From Gekko japonicus (taxonomy: Eukaryota), in contig NW_015163618.1 of the NCBI RefSeq assembly GCF_001447785.1, positions 505,942 to 569,941 of the forward strand: DNA of 64,000 nt. Direction: 5' to 3'. A program made the translations under genes and the position numbers. The notes under the pieces were generated by a model. It did no database searches, had not been told where the DNA came from, and was given only the letters and a program-made list of their open reading frames with translations. This document shows, one piece after another, positions 60,622-64,000 of the stretch (the first letter of the stretch is position 1; each line of letters opens with the position of its first letter).

Positions 60622-61464
60622 GTGAGTGCACCTGTGGTTTCTCTGACTGTGACTAATGTGGCAATCAGACCTTTCAGCATGAATGACAGTGTATTAAGTA
60701 GACGTGGGTACTAGAATATTTTTTACTGTTGACATCAGCCAGATAGTTGCATTTGTACATTTTTAAAAATTTATCACATGTTCTGTTGCAAAAGCACCCT
60801 ATTAACAGATTCTATTATTTCACTACGAAGAAAATGTAATTGGGGCATTAATTGTGTAAATTGTGCCCATCATCCAAAGGCAGTTTGTGCTTAGTATCCA
60901 ATAGGATGAGGCTAAGCCAAGGAGATCGACTACAATTAGGCCTCACTTTGAAGCATTCCGGCTACAGTTTTATGTTCTCCTAGCAGAACCTAGAACAATC
61001 ATGTATAAATACTAACACACGGATACCACAGTAAGGTTGCTGCACAACATACACAGTAAGTTGTTGAAGTTGCTCAGAATTTGGTTTTACACCATAAAAT
61101 GGCTGATGGGTAAGTGTAAGTTACAGAGGGCTTCTTCATGAAGTTTGTGCTCCTTAAGTGAAGTGGCATGATCAGGTTCTTACTGCACTGAAGGGCCCAA
61201 AATCAGTTCCGTCTCTCTTGTCAGACTTCAGCTGTGGGGGCAACAAAATCTGTGAATAAAAGAGAGATGGTTAATTTCTGTTTACTGGGCACACATACCA
61301 AGGTTTATTAAGGATAGAAACTGAATGGGTAGAGCTTACAAGTTCTCTGGTTCCTGATTTGCATCCCTGATTATGAACAGATAACATTTACAATGAGTCA
61401 CATTTTAATAAAGTATTTACGCAAAAGTAGTATTCAAGCCATTAATGATTAACTTGCTTTCTAG

Positions 61465-61537
61465 GTGCTACTTGCAAATATTTTCTGCTCTGAAGCTGGT
61501 TTCCAAAACAATTATACAATGGCAGAGTTAGACAAAA
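61465..61537 (+). CDS. ACAD9: ACAD9 exon 17 (VLLANIFCSEAGFQNNYTMAELDK)
   Basis: tag|GTG...AAA A|gtaagt; 73 nt. Confidence 0.95.
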
Positions 61538-62269
61538 GTAAGTGTTACAATGTTGCCAATTACCAACATTTTCAGTTGGTAACTAAAAGTTTAAGTGCAA
61601 ACAGCAGGCACTCTGTGCTATTGCCACTGTTCCCTTTCCTTCAGTGGAAGAGGGCATCATTGTGTGGACTACTTACTACTACATTTGTTTCAGCCATACT
61701 GCTATGCTAATTAGCTTTGTTGACAAAAAGTCCCTCCCATTATACTTCTTGCAGGGAAGAGATCTCTGTGACAGAGGAACTCAGCCTGTTTTGTGAGACA
61801 GGGTAGTATGGAGAATGGATCACTTTTCTTCCAAAAGTTTACCTTACAGTGGATCTGATATTGCCCTCTTTATATTCCCATCTTGACCACACCCCAAGGG
61901 CATACCTTGGAGTTCTGAATCTCTCTACATTTCCTGCCTGCTATAGGAAGAAATAAAGGTTCTTAAGCCACCACCAGATGGATTCAGGATTGTGTCACAC
62001 TAGCATGTGAGATGTTTGTTAGTGCACACCCCCCCCCCTCACTGTTCACATCTTCTATTCTGGGCATCAAAGCTCTGGTGGAGACTATCTAGGATTAATA
62101 CTGCTTATTCCCATACAAGTATACTCTTCTACAAGGATGAAAAAAAAGAATGCTAGATTTATCATAAGTTTGTTCTCTTCGGTGAACGCAGAGTATCATA
62201 CCTGGCTTTGTTAGGAAGGTCTTCCTGTTGAGGATTGGGGGAGTGGGCTCCAACTTGAAGGGTGTTCAG

Positions 62270-62866
62270 TAGGGGTGTGCAAAAAACCCGGTATTTTTTA
62301 GGGTCAGGTATATTGAAACTGAAAAATGTTGGTATTTCCTGATATTCCTGAATCCCAATACCAGTGTGGCATTCAGATTTGGTAAATATTTGGGAAACCC
62401 CAATTTTTTTGCTTTCATTATACCCTATGGGGACCATTATAGTCAATGGTCCATTAAAGGGTATAATGGAGAATTGATCCAGAGTTATCTGGGGCTCTTT
62501 GGGGGGCTGTTTTTTGAGGTAAATTTGCAGCAAAGCTGATGGTGCCTCTCCTCACCACCAGGAGTCGAATTCTGTGGGCACCCACAGAAGGTGCCCCTAT
62601 CCTCCATTGCTTTCAGTGGAGGGGAAAGGCATTTAAAGGTCTTGCAGTCCCTTTAAACACCTCCAAGCAGCAAGTTCACCTTCAGAGCTCAATCACTGCA
62701 GAGTCATGCAGCTTGGAGGAGGCATTTAAAGGGACTGCGGTACCCTTTAAGCTTGGCTATGTGGCAGTCCCAAAAATCCCTCTGGACCTGGCCATTTCGG
62801 ATAGCTGAAATTAGCCCCAATTAACAACCAGCTCTAAAAATACCCAAACAATACTGCACACCTCTG
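62270..62866. mobile_element. hAT-type non-autonomous element (TAGGGGTGTGCA family)
   Basis: TAGGGGTGTGCA ... TGCACACCTCTG; TSD degenerate; a related piece lies at ~53060-53292. Confidence 0.6.
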
Positions 62867-63349
62867 GAGTTTAATATAATTTGAGAGATCTCCTGCTCTC
62901 TCATTCTGTCTCTATACAGAGCTGTGTTTTGCTGCCATGAGTTGTGGTTCTTCAAGTAATTTTTTTTTTTAATCACGTTTGGAATTTTGTTTATTGTGCA
63001 GTGTCCTGGAACTGAAGGGGCTTCCTCCTGTACACAGACCATATAAAGCTAACTAGCATAGCCTTATTTGTGAAAGAGACTGCGTGGAGGAACCTATACA
63101 AGGCTAACTTCATTCTGTCTGTATCACAAGTCGTCCAGTGTTTGTCTTGAGCAACAGGGTCTTCTGGTATCCATTAAGAATCTAGCTGTCAGAGCAAGCT
63201 TTAGTATGTTGCCCATTCCAATAATTGGTGCTAATGTGGCAGCTGCTAGTATCAGCTGAACAGCTTGTGTTTATAGTTTTGGATTTTTAACAACTTGTTC
63301 TCTCAATACTGGCTCTAAACAAACTGTTAATTGTTTCAATTATCTGCAG

Positions 63350-63450
63350 ATGCTCCTGAAAACATGGATGACAACATTAAAAAAGTGGCAAGGCAGGTGC
63401 TGGAAAAGAGATCCTATATCTGTTCCCACCCACTTGAAAGAACATTCTGA
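63350..63450 (+). CDS. ACAD9: ACAD9 exon 18, coding part ([33 protein letters not shown])
   Basis: cag|AT GCT...TTC TGA; 101 nt. Confidence 0.95.
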
Positions 63451-63789
63451 AGGTGGAAATGGCAACAGGATTGCAGTCTAAGGTACTGCTACATAAGGGC
63501 CTCATGGTATTCAGTACCGGGTCCTTGTTTCACTCTTGGTCAAGAGGCAGAATGAACAACTGATACACTGCACAAGAAGAATGTTTTCACAAGCTGTAGT
63601 GCAACTTTTATAAACAATGTTCTGTTTATATGCTTGAGTCCAAGTGTGAATCCCAAGATGAGAACCATATAATAGGATGGGGAACGGAACATCTTATTTC
63701 TTTGTTTCATTTTTTAGAAACTTGATCCTCATCTGCTAATATCATTTCTAATAATGACACTGATCTAGTCATCTCCATTCTGATGTAAC

Positions 63790-63795
63790 AATAAA
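63790..63795 (+). terminator. Probable ACAD9 polyadenylation signal
   Basis: First AATAAA seen after the stop codon, 340 nt downstream; U-rich sequence follows. Confidence 0.65.
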
Positions 63796-64000
63796 GAAGC
63801 AAGTTGCTTTCTCCCCCAATCTAGTTCCTAGATCTGGTTTCTAGTTTACTGGTTCCTACTAAACACTGCCTGTGTAAAGCTCTCCTTATACTTAACCTAT
63901 ATAGGGGAATGGCAGCAATAACGTCTCCCTAGCAATGTCATAGTGCCTGAAGTGTTTTCTCAATGTCAGTCTTCACAAGTGAGGTATTTTTGGAGGTTTT

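Larger units (their letters stand above)
27059..63450 (+). other. ACAD9: ACAD9 gene span: acyl-CoA dehydrogenase 9 / complex I assembly factor; 18 coding exons, 1842-nt CDS, 613 aa
   Basis: All exons join in frame (126,94,102,107,101,79,175,74,76,71,120,129,80,127,78,129,73,101 nt). Motifs [78 protein letters not shown]. Confidence 0.96.

Noticed and set aside
27059-63450. Assignment to ACADVL
   Set aside because: The 18-exon structure, short N-terminus and C-terminal [11 protein letters not shown] fit ACAD9 rather than the longer VLCAD.

Overview
Vertebrate nuclear DNA, almost certainly a squamate reptile and probably a gecko (inferred from the Sauria-type and 5S-derived SINEs, BovB, CR1, L2, Penelope and hAT/Harbinger MITEs). 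There are two genes on the + strand. (1) The 3' end of IQSEC1/BRAG2: a 50-nt cassette exon at 1429-1478, a terminal coding exon at 2736-3320 ending in the PDZ ligand STIV, and a ~3.9-kb 3'UTR with no recognisable repeats. (2) The complete 18-exon ACAD9 gene (ATG 27059, stop 63450; 1842-nt CDS, 613 aa) with a CpG-island promoter and one GC-AG intron. The rest is largely transposable elements, often nested. The most notable non-genic signals are a set of Penelope-associated minimal hammerhead ribozyme motifs (best copy 12673-12714, minus strand) with fold-back derivatives, and a TSD-flanked, polyadenylated ORF1-only L1 element (HAL1-like). Also notable are frame-switching alternative C-termini of IQSEC1 and an inverted CR1 pair bracketing the frame-neutral ACAD9 exon 2-8 block. 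All calls were made by eye; no searches or folding programs were run.
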